A DNA stretch of 32,000 nt from Trichodesmium erythraeum IMS101 (lineage in GTDB: Bacteria; Cyanobacteriota; Cyanobacteriia; Cyanobacteriales; Microcoleaceae), in assembly GCF_000014265.1 (NCBI RefSeq), contig NC_008312.1, positions 2,730,001 through 2,762,000 of the forward strand, given 5' to 3'. Below, one piece after another: positions 7,598-17,757 of this stretch; within the stretch, counting starts at the first letter, position 1, and each line of letters begins with the position of its first letter. A program made the position numbers and the translations under genes. The notes beneath the pieces are model-generated. The model saw only the letters and a list, made by a program, of their open reading frames with translations. It did not search any database and had not been told where the DNA came from.

Positions 7598-8085
7598 CCT
7601 ACAAGGGTTTTTGTTCAAAGAAGTGGGTTCTATCTTTCTGAAAACCTCTATATATATAATCTAACTGGAGATAATAAATATTTTAATTATGCTAAGGATA
7701 GTGTAGCCTATTTGCGAACATTTGCTTTAGAGCAATTAAACCGAAGTTACCTCTAAAGCTTATGCAATTCCCGTATAGGTAAGTTTGGGTAACCTTAGCA
7801 GAACGGCCTTGGAAAATTTTCTTAATCTAATGTTATTTAGATTATTTGATCTAGCTTTAGTTGGCTTGTTTTCCTGAGTCGAAGTTCTTTTTGTCGGACG
7901 ACGGTGTCAAAAACTGAAGCCAAGCTGAACCATATAATTCAAGCAAGTAAACCCAAAAGGCACATAGGCTGAAATCTAGTTAAATATAACTAAGAAGGGC
8001 TGTCACCTTAGCAGAGCAAGTACAGTAATTATATTGCCACTTTCATCCAACAAAGTCAAGTGTAAGTATTAAAGCTGACATGATA

Positions 8086-9279
8086 TTACTTGACAATCAT
8101 TTTTTCAACTGCCTCTGCTGTTGCTGGAGCTAACAACACCCCATTCCGATAATGACCTGTTGCCAACAATATATTTCGCCAACCTTCCAGATAACCAACT
8201 GCAGGAGCAGCTTGACCTTCTGGACGAGGTCGTAAACCAGACCATTTCCTAAGAATATTTGCATCTGCTAAACCCGGACAAAAACTAATTGCTCTCGCCA
8301 TCACGTGATCTAATAAACTGGAGTCAGCTACCACCTCACCGATATCGTTGGGAAATTCAACTGTTGCTCCCACCCAATATTCATTTTCTGCTACTGGTAT
8401 AATATGCACATCATCCCCAGTGATCACTGGTTGAAAATCTGACTTTCCTAAAAGCGTTGACACTTGCAGATGTAAAGCTTGACCTAATACAGGTATTAGA
8501 GTAAATCTATTATCAACATTAGACTTGCGCTTGAGTTGCAAAGAGCGTAGCTTACCCCCTTTTATTCCTTGTAAACATGGTAATGAACCCAAGCCGGCGG
8601 CAACAACTAACCAGTCTACATCTGGCAAAGTAGGAGTTTTTTTTGTCTCATCCAAATTTTTTATAGATACTTGGCGACAACGATATTCATTTCTTGGCAG
8701 AGAAATAGTCTTATATTCAGCAACTGTGACCCCAAAATGAAAATTCACACCATTTTGTTGAGCCGCTTCTACTAAAGCTAAAGTTAATTCAACAGGGTTA
8801 ACTTGTAAATCTTCGGGAGAATAAATAGCTGCTATCACCTCTGATATTTGGAGCTGGGGGCAGCGATCGCCTAGTCGTTCTACATCCCACATTTCTAATG
8901 GCAAATCATCTGCTTCTCGAATATTTATTAATCTTTGCCACTTGTCGAGATCTTCCCCAGGCAAACACAACTGTAAAATACCTTGACGGTTGTGAGAAAT
9001 AGAGCGATTTATTTTGGCTTCTAGCTCAGGAATTAAATTGTGATAAGCTTGCACACTCATGCGTCTCATTTTCCAAGGTCTGCCTTTAGCTTTTTGACTA
9101 ATAACTCCCATCAAAACACCCAAAGCAGCACCCGTAGATCCTTGAGCAGGCATTTGTTTATCTAAGACTGTAATTTTTAAACCTTCTATTTTGCTGAGTT
9201 GATAAGCGATCGTTGCTCCAACTACTCCACATCCAATAATTACTATATGACTCATTTTGAATAATTTAAAAAATATCAA
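8086..9279 (-). CDS. FAD-dependent oxidoreductase (DAO family, glycine oxidase ThiO-like)
   Basis: N-terminal Rossmann motif HIVIIGCGVVGATIAYQL and C-terminal GHYRNGVLLAP. The likely true start is the ATG at 9255 (MSHIVIIG). Confidence 0.8.
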   Translation of the reverse strand: MIFFKLFKMSHIVIIGCGVVGATIAYQLSKIEGLKITVLDKQMPAQGSTGAALGVLMGVISQKAKGRPWKMRRMSVQAYHNLIPELEAKINRSISHNRQGILQLCLPGEDLDKWQRLINIREADDLPLEMWDVERLGDRCPQLQISEVIAAIYSPEDLQVNPVELTLALVEAAQQNGVNFHFGVTVAEYKTISLPRNEYRCRQVSIKNLDETKKTPTLPDVDWLVVAAGLGSLPCLQGIKGGKLRSLQLKRKSNVDNRFTLIPVLGQALHLQVSTLLGKSDFQPVITGDDVHIIPVAENEYWVGATVEFPNDIGEVVADSSLLDHVMARAISFCPGLADANILRKWSGLRPRPEGQAAPAVGYLEGWRNILLATGHYRNGVLLAPATAEAVEKMIVK

Positions 9280-9436
9280 TTTACTATGGCTTTAAGCTCA
9301 AGTAATACCAATTCATGCATTAATGCTAACTTTTTGTCAAACTTCAGAAATTTCAGTAATTAACACAAAGGGAATAACCTTTTTGTACTATTAACTAACC
9401 CTCTAGAATTATGTTAATTTTAAAATGTTGTTTACC

Positions 9437-9540
9437 GACGCCCTTATGCAACATCCCTACCCCTCCAAGGTCGGAGTTACAGCCCTGTCCGTTGTTTAAC
9501 GGGGTCAAAACGGGGTCAAGAACCCCTACTACATGATTTT
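9437..9540 (-). repeat. right, inverted copy of the 12-nt/24-nt box element
   Basis: GACGCCCTTATGCAACATCCCTAC (9437-9460) is the exact reverse complement of 7574-7597. CTACATGATTTT (9529-9540) is the exact reverse complement of 7441-7452. The interior is GC-rich with small hairpins (GGGGT tcttg ACCCC on the minus strand). Confidence 0.7.
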
Positions 9541-10190
9541 CACTAAGTAGGTAGGCATGAAAAAACTTAGGTATATTAAGATTTGTATACTGACTTCAAG
9601 CTCCTCTAGAGATCTGATTTGAGGCAAATTTACATTTTGTTATATAGCAATTAATTTCAAAACCGACTTGCTTATTTAAAGAGTAAATAATTTGCCCCAA
9701 ATTTGCTGTATATAGAATCCAATTATATAGTATATATTTATAATTCTATAATTACTTCAATCAATTACTTCAATTGACTGTAAATAATTTTAATTCAGTC
9801 AGCTACAGCTATAGTATCCATAAGCCTAAACTACAAAAGTTTGATTCCATATTCTCTATATCAATTTTAAGTATTTATACTATAAAATCATCTTCATTGA
9901 CTTTCCTCAGGAGTCAAATTATCAGGAAAATATTAATCATAAATGATTGATTATTTACCTTTATTCACCACTATTATTTTTTTCCGGACTCCTAATTTTT
10001 TATACTTGGTTTGGAAGTGTAAAATGTAGATTTTATTATTATTAAAAATAGCCAGGCATTTTTATTATATAGGCAAAGTGCGCTAGTGTATTTAAAATAC
10101 TTGTTGATGAGGATTTATTTTAAAGGGCTTAGACTGTAAGTATGCCTGATTTCACTGCTATAGCTAATTAATAAGACTTAGTCGAAAAAT

Positions 10191-10226
10191 AGATGTAGAG
10201 ATATTCTCTGGAGTATCTCTACATCT
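10191..10226. terminator. 13-bp perfect hairpin flanked by A and T runs (bidirectional terminator-like)
   Basis: AGATGTAGAGATA ttctctggag TATCTCTACATCT, preceded by gaaaaat and followed by agatttt. It lies 268 nt downstream of the psbQ stop on the minus strand. Confidence 0.4.
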
Positions 10227-10493
10227 AGATTTTAGATTAAGATAGTGCTTATTTCATGTCTCTTTGAATACCCACAACAAAAATTTTAGGGAGTTTATCA
10301 TTGGGAGTAATTGATATAATAAAAGCATTTTTATTATGGTTAATTCATGAGAATTTACCTGATAGCTCAATACTTAAACACTACAAAAAAGTTTGAGGAA
10401 ATTGAGAAAATTGAAATCCTTGAAAACCAATAGTTTTTACTTGATATGATAGCTGATAGCTAAATGATAAAAGCTATAACTACTGAAAACTAT

Positions 10494-10937
10494 TTAACTA
10501 TTTTTTGGCACTAAATCTAAGAAAGCATCAAAATCAGCTATTGCTTTTTTGTACTCGCTCAGAGCTTGTTTTTTATTGCCTTCTGTTGCTGCTGTATCAA
10601 TATCCTCTAAGTCATCAAATATCTTTTTTGCTGCATTCAGTACAGGTGTTTTATCTCTTGGCAACAGTAGACTTTGGGTGAGATAATTAGTCTTACTCCG
10701 CAAATCTCCCAAAGGCCCGTGGATAAATGTACGAATATTTACCCATTCGCCTTTCTGAATTAGGCTTTCTAGTTCATCCATGCGATCGCGTAAAGCCTGT
10801 ATTCCTGATTCAGATACTTCTATTTTTTGTAACTGAGCATCTGAGTAGGTTAGCGGTGGAGTCGGAGAACTACAACTTGCCAAAAATGCTACTAACAGCA
10901 CTATTACCCATGCTACTATCGACCGTTTGTTTAACAT
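10494..10937 (-). CDS. psbQ: photosystem II lipoprotein PsbQ (CyanoQ)
   Basis: Signal peptide with lipobox LASC. Motifs TYSDAQLQKI, FIHGPLGDLR, LLLPRDK and ADFDAFLDLVP match my recollection of CyanoQ (Synechocystis sll1638). Confidence 0.85.
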   Translation of the reverse strand: MLNKRSIVAWVIVLLVAFLASCSSPTPPLTYSDAQLQKIEVSESGIQALRDRMDELESLIQKGEWVNIRTFIHGPLGDLRSKTNYLTQSLLLPRDKTPVLNAAKKIFDDLEDIDTAATEGNKKQALSEYKKAIADFDAFLDLVPKNS

Positions 10938-11027
10938 AATCTTTTTTGTTTGTCAAAGCTAATTTTAGTATTCTATTCTTAGATTTAAGATGGAAATGAC
11001 TTTTTTGGCAATAGGAAGTATATTTAC

Positions 11028-11822
11028 TTACTTATTGGAATCCAAACCTTTAAACTGTTTTTCTACCAAACTAACTAAAGTCTCTCGGGGAAGAAAACGA
11101 GAAGTATTAACAATTACCTGATTTAAAAATTCTCCTGTAACAACATTAGACTTATCTTTTTCTAATGCTTCAAGAGCATCTCGTACTACATTTTGTGCAG
11201 AGGTCAATTTTGCCTCTGAACCTTCTCGAGCAAACTCCGGAAATTCTGCTTTCTTGAAAAAATCTGACTCTGTTGGTCCAGGACAAAGGGCAAATATCTT
11301 CACCCCTGAATCTCGATTTTCTGCCCACAAAGCCTCACTAAAACTTAAAACAAATGCCTTAGTTGCACCATAAACAGACATATAAGGCAAAGGTTGAAAT
11401 CCTCCAATTGAAGCAACATTAATAATCCCACCAGACTGGCGTTGTTGCATTCGGCCTAAAAATAAATATGTTAATTCCACTAAAGCAGTAATATTTAATT
11501 GAATCATATTTACCTGCTTTTCTAGAGGTCTTTGAGTAAAATTTCCATAGTCACCAAAACCAGCATTATTAACTAATAAATCTATAGTTAATCCTTGCTC
11601 TAAAACTACTTCAAATATAGACTTTGCTGCTGCTGATGCTGTTAAATCTTGAACTATTACATTGGTCTGAATTTGATATTTACTCTCGACCTGATTTGCT
11701 AATTTATGTAATTTATCTTCCGAACGAGCCACTAATACTAGATTGGTTTTTCTCGCTGCTAATTCTTTAGCAAAAGTTTCACCAATTCCAGAAGAAGCCC
11801 CTGTAATTAATGCAGTTTTCAT
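11028..11822 (-). CDS. SDR family oxidoreductase
   Basis: TGASSGIGETFAKELA cofactor motif, NNAG, catalytic YGATKAF. Confidence 0.85.
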   Translation of the reverse strand: MKTALITGASSGIGETFAKELAARKTNLVLVARSEDKLHKLANQVESKYQIQTNVIVQDLTASAAAKSIFEVVLEQGLTIDLLVNNAGFGDYGNFTQRPLEKQVNMIQLNITALVELTYLFLGRMQQRQSGGIINVASIGGFQPLPYMSVYGATKAFVLSFSEALWAENRDSGVKIFALCPGPTESDFFKKAEFPEFAREGSEAKLTSAQNVVRDALEALEKDKSNVVTGEFLNQVIVNTSRFLPRETLVSLVEKQFKGLDSNK

Positions 11823-12064
11823 TTAGATTAAGATCAAATAGGATATAATCATTATATTTTTATAAATTAATCAGGAATTACCCATAACTAATCTAGAGCA
11901 GAGTTAATGACTATTAACCCCTCTAAATACTATATTATTTGATCTTTTGCTTAAGTATTATCAATTAAACTTTATTAATAAGCTTAAATATAAAGTGAAT
12001 TTTAGGATTACTATTTACTTTACATTTTTAGTATCACAAAATCAAACCCTGGAGGTAATAAACT

Positions 12065-13078
12065 ATGGCTTTTCGTATTTTATGCTTAGATGGTGGTGGT
12101 ATTAGAGGTATTATGCCTGCCCGTATTCTTCAAAAAGTTGAGGAACGATTAGGTGGCCCTTTAAAAGATCATTTTGATCTAATAGCTGGTACTTCAACAG
12201 GATCAATATTAGCTGTAGGAATTGGACTCGGAAAAAGCCCTGAAGAAATGTTAAATCTATATCTGGAGAAAGGTTTGCAAATATTCCCCTATCAATCTCT
12301 CTTCTCACTTAAACGACTACCAATCATTTTCAAATATGGTCTTTCTGCTCCCAAGTTTTCCCACGAAGGCTTAATGGGGGTACTTCAGGAGCAATTTGGA
12401 GAAAATAAATTTTCTGACATTACATCCGATCCTAATAAATTGATGGGCTCGTTAAAAATTCTTGTTCCTAGCTATGATACCATTAGCCGTAATCCTGTAA
12501 TATTTAAAAGCTGGGACCATGATCGCTGGTATTCTAAAGTTCCACTCTGGGAAATTTGTCTCTCTTCTGCCTCAGCCCCAACTTATTTTCCGGCCCACCG
12601 TATCAAATATGATGGGCGAGTTTACTCATTAATTGATGGAGGGGTTTGTGCTAATAATCCTGTTGCCTGTGCTGTGGCAGAGGCTATCAAGCTATTACGT
12701 CAGTATTTGGATCAATCTACAGGAGACTCTATTGAGCAGATTAAAGTAATATCTATTGGTACTGGAGATCCCGCATCTCCAATTCCCTGGGAAAAAGTAC
12801 GAGGTTGGGGACTGGTCCAATGGGGTTTGCGTATTGCAGATGTATTTATGGATGCTCCCCCTGATATACATCGATATGTTGCCGAACAAATCATAGGTGG
12901 AATGGATACTGACAGAGAAAAACGCTATCTTCGTCTACAACTACCTCTCAAGGACCCATTACTAGCAATAGATGATGCTCGGCAAGCCAACTTAGAGAGA
13001 ATCTTAGAGGCAACAGATGCCTACATTAATCAGGGAAAAGTACGAAAACAGTTAGAAACATTATTGGCTAATTGGTAG
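12065..13078 (+). CDS. patatin-like phospholipase
   Basis: LDGGGIRGI oxyanion motif, GTSTGS nucleophile elbow, DGGVCANNP catalytic Asp motif. Confidence 0.9.
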   Translation: MAFRILCLDGGGIRGIMPARILQKVEERLGGPLKDHFDLIAGTSTGSILAVGIGLGKSPEEMLNLYLEKGLQIFPYQSLFSLKRLPIIFKYGLSAPKFSHEGLMGVLQEQFGENKFSDITSDPNKLMGSLKILVPSYDTISRNPVIFKSWDHDRWYSKVPLWEICLSSASAPTYFPAHRIKYDGRVYSLIDGGVCANNPVACAVAEAIKLLRQYLDQSTGDSIEQIKVISIGTGDPASPIPWEKVRGWGLVQWGLRIADVFMDAPPDIHRYVAEQIIGGMDTDREKRYLRLQLPLKDPLLAIDDARQANLERILEATDAYINQGKVRKQLETLLANW

Positions 13079-13334
13079 CTTTTATTGCTGAAGTTAAAAA
13101 TTTAAAGTTAAAGCTAAAATTTAAACTTATGCCTTGATATTGAAGCCGTTTTGGGGTTAATGGGGTATAAATTTTGACAATTTTAGCTAATAGGGAATAG
13201 AGATTAATATTTGGTATAATTTCTAACATTATTTAAGTGAAGTTGTAAGAGTTAGATAGCAATAATTTTATGTTTAAAAACCGCTATATGGCTATTAATA
13301 ATTCTAAGGATAAAAAAATTGAAATAAATTCTTT

Positions 13335-14183
13335 CTAAATCTCTATCATCCGCAAAAATAACAGTAGTTCATCTATAATATTTCCTGACCAATGTTCCTG
13401 GGGGTAATGTGCTGCTTCTGGCAATTTAACCAACTTTCCATTCTGACAAATATTAGCTAAATTTTCCCCTTGACTAATATCTAACCAAGGATCTTTTATT
13501 CCCCAAATAATTAATGTTGGTTGTTGCCATTCTTTAAAGCCAGATTCAATTTCTGCCATTGACTTTTTTAAATCTAAATTTCTCACAATTGCTAATATGG
13601 CTCTACCAGCAGCAGAACTTCTTAAATAAGGACTACGATAAACTTCTAAATCTTGATCAGCAACTGTTAAACGACTACCTTTTTCTAAAGTTCTATCCAC
13701 AAATAGAGGATCTTGAGTCAGCATATCTCCAATGAAAGGTATCCCTAATTGTTTAATTTGCCAAGGTAATTTTGCAGTCGTAGAAAGAGGAGTATTTAAA
13801 ATAGTTAAACGTTCAATTTTTTTGGGATTTCGTAAAGCATATTGTAAACCTACTGAGCCTAAAAATCCTTGCACAACTAGATAAAAACGCTCAAGTTGTA
13901 GATTATTAATTAACTCTGCTAAAACTTCAATAAAAGCTTCACTTGTGTAGGGAAAATCTCTTTTGTCTAGTTTCGGAGAAAAACCACAACCTATCCAGTC
14001 AGGAGCGATCGCTCGATAACCTGCTTGAGCTAATTCAGGCATAATGACAGTCCAACTATGGCTTTGAGAAGCTAATCCATGTAATAGTAATACTGGTAGT
14101 TTATCTGTTTTCCCATCGGGTTGAGCTTCCCGATAAAACCATTCTATAGAACCAACTGTTACATTTTTTTTCTCAATTGACAT
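13335..14183 (-). CDS. alpha/beta hydrolase fold protein
   Basis: LLLHGLASQSHSW, nucleophile-elbow-like VQGFLGS, C-terminal AAHYPQEH. Confidence 0.8.
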   Translation of the reverse strand: MSIEKKNVTVGSIEWFYREAQPDGKTDKLPVLLLHGLASQSHSWTVIMPELAQAGYRAIAPDWIGCGFSPKLDKRDFPYTSEAFIEVLAELINNLQLERFYLVVQGFLGSVGLQYALRNPKKIERLTILNTPLSTTAKLPWQIKQLGIPFIGDMLTQDPLFVDRTLEKGSRLTVADQDLEVYRSPYLRSSAAGRAILAIVRNLDLKKSMAEIESGFKEWQQPTLIIWGIKDPWLDISQGENLANICQNGKLVKLPEAAHYPQEHWSGNIIDELLLFLRMIEI

Positions 14184-15254
14184 TTATGTTATTAATTTCT
14201 TGTAGACGAATGTTGGCAATTGTATCATTATCTGACAATTAGCAGTTAGCGATATAGACCTTCAAATTTTAGAGAAGTTTTTGCTATATTTAACCTCTCT
14301 CTGTGTCAAATTTATGTTCATTCAATTATTTTATCTATTTAAGTAGTTATGCGTTTAAATTTATCAGTATGTAAAAAAATGTAAATCTCCATAAATCTCC
14401 CCTCCACTCAACTGTTTGTAAGAACCTGAACTTGGTCGATAAAAGTTAATCTAATTAAGTTTTTTTTGCCTACCTACTAATGGTTTTTCTAAGGTTTTAA
14501 GTTTTACAAAAAACCATAAGATTTAGGAAGTAAGTATTCATTTTCTGGTGAAAAAAAACAAAATTATAGTATAGTTTTTATACACATAAAAAAAGTATCT
14601 TTCCATTTTTATATCTACTATTTTCTTCTATTCACCCTCATAATTAATATAATTAATAGGAAAGAAAAAACGCTATATGTATTGTATTAGTTTGTGGTTG
14701 CACTAGATAACCTAGATATAATTTGCTGCTTTACCAGATAAATATGACTACTATTCCAGCGACAATATTTCCACAAAATTTTCCAACTTAAATCATGATC
14801 AAGTTTAATGAAAAACTATAAAATATCTAAATTATTAGAGAATAAAACTATTCCTTATTCCCTATAATAAATGAGTTTTAATTATATTTACTATTGTCAT
14901 TGTTTACTCTCATATAAAACAAATTTTATCATAACAAATTTGGCTAATCATATGAAAAAAGTGAGCCCTACTAGAATTAATCTTTGAAGTGTTAAAATTT
15001 TGAAATCACAATATTTATGGCAAAATATTCAAAAATAAATTGTTTATAAAACAGAGAGAGCCATATCTAATTTTTGATGATACAGTTATTCCGAAAAAAA
15101 ACTTACCTATTCTAGAGTAGCCGCGTAAAAAACAGAAGAAAAAAGTATATTTTGACTTATTAAAAATGAGTATAGTGAAATTATTTTCCCTGCTGTCTGC
15201 TCCAACTTTAGCAGAATATATTGTTACTAATTATTTGAGATATTCTAGTAATAA

Positions 15255-15392
15255 TGACATATAAATTAAATCACAAACTAGATAAAAAATTGAATAATTT
15301 TACATGATAATTAAGCAATTAAATGACATAGAACTTAAATCACAAAATAGATAAAAAATTGAATAATTTTACACGATAATTAAGCAATTAAC
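15255..15392 (+). repeat. 2 x 69-nt tandem repeat
   Basis: Units start at 15255 and 15324 (TGACATA.AA.TTAAATCACAAA.TAGATAAAAAATTGAATAATTTTACA.GATAATTAAGCAATTAA), ~90% identical by eye. Confidence 0.85.
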
Positions 15393-15800
15393 TGAGCTTT
15401 AGTTTAGCAAATGTCGCCGGGGGAAAATTAAAATCAATCTTATGGCTTGTACTATATTAGTCTGGAATTATTTGAAAAAATTGGCAAATATTCTGGGAAA
15501 ACTATTGCTCAACTTAAATATGAATTATTATCTAACTATCTAGTCTATGAACTAAAATAACCGGCTATAAAACTTACAGTTATTTAAGTTTTATAGATAG
15601 AAATAGAGTTAGTAGTATGAGACGACAGCATCTGCATCAAAAATTAACTAGCGATCGCCTAACTTTAGATATCTCCAGAAAAACTTCTCAAACCTTTACT
15701 TCACCCTTCTAAAATTGGCATTTTTGGATGGGGATTTTTGGAGAGGTCTAATAACTAAAGTTTTACAAAAAGTTAGCATTTATCTATGAAAATTGGTATT

Positions 15801-15854
15801 AAAAAGAGCAAAGCTTCAGAAATGAAGTTTACCTCCACTGCTGATGCTTTGCTC
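15801..15854 (-). terminator. petA intrinsic terminator
   Basis: GAGCAAAGC (15806-15814) pairs with GCTTTGCTC (15846-15854), with an inner CTTCA/TGAAG hairpin. On the minus strand the stem is followed by UUUUU (15801-15805). It starts 38 nt past the petA stop. Confidence 0.6.
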
Positions 15855-15891
15855 CCCATCAGTCAATTTTCAAGGGAAAAACTCAGACAAC

Positions 15892-16869
15892 CTAAAAATT
15901 CATTTCAGCAGCTTGAACTTTCTCCACTTGTTTTTTCTTCAAGACCAACATAATTTGAGCTAGCATAACCAAAGCAAAAAATGCCATTAACCATTTAACT
16001 CGGTTTGCATCTTGCAGCACAATTTCCGTATCTGCTTGACCAAAACCACCGACATTAGGGTTATTAGTAATAACCTGACCTGCTTCAACAGTATCTCCTA
16101 CAGCAACTAAAAGTTCAGGGCCTGGAGGAACTAGATCTACAACAGTCTCACTATCGGGAGTTTCAATAGTGATTTGATTACCTACGTATTCTTCAAAAGT
16201 AATATCGGTAATCTTACCACTAGCAGACACGTTATAAGTAGTATTATTGCTCTTATTACCAGCAGGATAAACCTGGCCACGTCCTCGGTTACCTCCAGCA
16301 TGAACAGCATATTTACCAAAGTGGATAGATTTATCTGTTGCAGGATCTGGAGATAATATAGGGAATACAACTTCTTGGTATTCATCCCCTGGCATTGGTC
16401 CGAATAGAAGAACATTTTCCTGCTCTTCAGAGTAAGGCATGAAATAAAGGTCAGCTAGTTCTTCTTGCCACTCTTGAGGTATTCTATCTTCAGGTGCAAT
16501 TTTAAAGCCCTCAGGCAACATCAATACAGCACCTACATTTAAGCCACCTTTGCTACCATCACCTAATACTTGTTGAACATCAGTATCATAGGGAATTTTA
16601 ACAACAGCCTTAAATACTGTATCCGGTAGTACAGACTGAGGTACTTCTACTTCAGTTAGTTTGGCACCAAGGTGACAGTTAGCACAGACAATTCTGCCTG
16701 TAGCCTCTCTGGGAGTTGCTGGAGCAGTTTCTTGTGCCCAGAAAGGATAGGCATTTGCTGCTGGGGAACTTGTGAGAAATAGTGATATGCATGCGATCGC
16801 TACTAAAATTGTCTTGGCGATCTTCTTAATGAAACTACTCCACATAGTTGATAAATTTATTTTTGACAT
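15892..16869 (-). CDS. petA: cytochrome f (apocytochrome f precursor)
   Basis: Mature N-terminus YPFWAQE, heme motif CANCHLG, C-terminal membrane anchor. Confidence 0.97.
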   Translation of the reverse strand: MSKINLSTMWSSFIKKIAKTILVAIACISLFLTSSPAANAYPFWAQETAPATPREATGRIVCANCHLGAKLTEVEVPQSVLPDTVFKAVVKIPYDTDVQQVLGDGSKGGLNVGAVLMLPEGFKIAPEDRIPQEWQEELADLYFMPYSEEQENVLLFGPMPGDEYQEVVFPILSPDPATDKSIHFGKYAVHAGGNRGRGQVYPAGNKSNNTTYNVSASGKITDITFEEYVGNQITIETPDSETVVDLVPPGPELLVAVGDTVEAGQVITNNPNVGGFGQADTEIVLQDANRVKWLMAFFALVMLAQIMLVLKKKQVEKVQAAEMNF

Positions 16870-17088
16870 TACCTATTATGTCTTCTCTCAAAAATCAAAA
16901 AATTCTACAAATTTGACGTTGTACCACCATTAACCATCGGAGCTATCACAAATAGCAGCTACTTGATCCAACTGATAAAAACGTCACTAATTTAGAAATT
17001 TTAACGTTTACTTGCTGGTTCTACGGTAATAGTGAGGAGCAAGACCTTGAAAAGCATTCAGGGGTCTTGCCTAAGTGTATCTCTAACC

Positions 17089-17171
17089 CTTTATAGTTGC
17101 AGCTAATATGCCATCTATTAGATAGTCCATATTCTGGGCAACTATAAAGTTAACAGAATTAATGGCATATT
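17089..17171 (-). promoter_or_regulatory. structured segment of the petC-petA spacer (interleaved perfect complementarities)
   Basis: CTTTATAGTTGC (17089-17100) pairs with GCAACTATAAAG (17138-17149), 12 bp. AATATGCCAT (17105-17114) pairs with ATGGCATATT (17162-17171), 10 bp. The arrangement is A-B-A'-B'. Confidence 0.4.
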
Positions 17172-17217
17172 CATTACATAGGTGCAGCTTAAACTTGTCT
17201 TAAAAAATAGACAAAAC

Positions 17218-17757
17218 TTAAACCCACCAAGGCTTTTCTCCGGTACGGAAATCTGTCTCTTCCCATTGAGTAAAGACCAGTTTATCATCACTAACATTCG
17301 CATGAACTAATGCTAGAGATAAAGGTGCTGGCCCCCTCACTACTTTTCCTGTATTGTCATACTGAGAACCATGACAGGGACAAATAAATTTATTCTCACT
17401 ACCATTCCAAGGTACAACACACCCTAGATGAGTACATACTGCATTTAACCCATATTCAGCCAAGGTTTGCTCTCCTTCGATCACTACATAAGTAGGGTCT
17501 CCTTTAAGTCCTTGGGCTAAAGTTCGTTCTCCGGAGTTGTGATTGGCCAAAAATTCACTGACTATAATATCGTTACCAAGAGCATCTTTAGCTGTTACTC
17601 CACCACCAGATCCACCACTAGATGGAGGGATAAAATAGTTAACGACTGGGTAAAGTGCTCCAAGAGCTACTCCTGTTACAGTTCCAAAAGTGAGAAGATT
17701 CATAAATTGACGACGACCCATACTGGGTACATCTGGTGTTCCTTCTGCTTGAGCCAT
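17218..17757 (-). CDS. petC: cytochrome b6-f complex Rieske iron-sulfur subunit
   Basis: [10 protein letters not shown] and CPCHGSQY 2Fe-2S boxes, with an N-terminal RRQFMN twin-Arg-like anchor. Confidence 0.97.
   Translation of the reverse strand: MAQAEGTPDVPSMGRRQFMNLLTFGTVTGVALGALYPVVNYFIPPSSGGSGGGVTAKDALGNDIIVSEFLANHNSGERTLAQGLKGDPTYVVIEGEQTLAEYGLNAVCTHLGCVVPWNGSENKFICPCHGSQYDNTGKVVRGPAPLSLALVHANVSDDKLVFTQWEETDFRTGEKPWWV

Noticed and set aside
7565-7756. 63-aa intergenic ORF (MTTVGMLHKGVPTRVF...).
   Set aside because: Its 5' end is the 24-nt dispersed repeat box, so the open frame is a by-product of the repeat. No motif and no plausible start context.
12065-13078. Patatin gene as the effector of a CBASS-like defence system.
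   Set aside because: No CD-NTase, sensor or other defence-type gene lies within several kb. The neighbours are ordinary metabolic enzymes on the opposite strand.
15255-15392. Tandem and heptamer repeats as possible CRISPR arrays (also 2571-2739, 5987-6020, 26295-26343).
   Set aside because: The units are contiguous with no unique spacers, are 7-69 nt with only 2-7 copies, and no cas genes are present.
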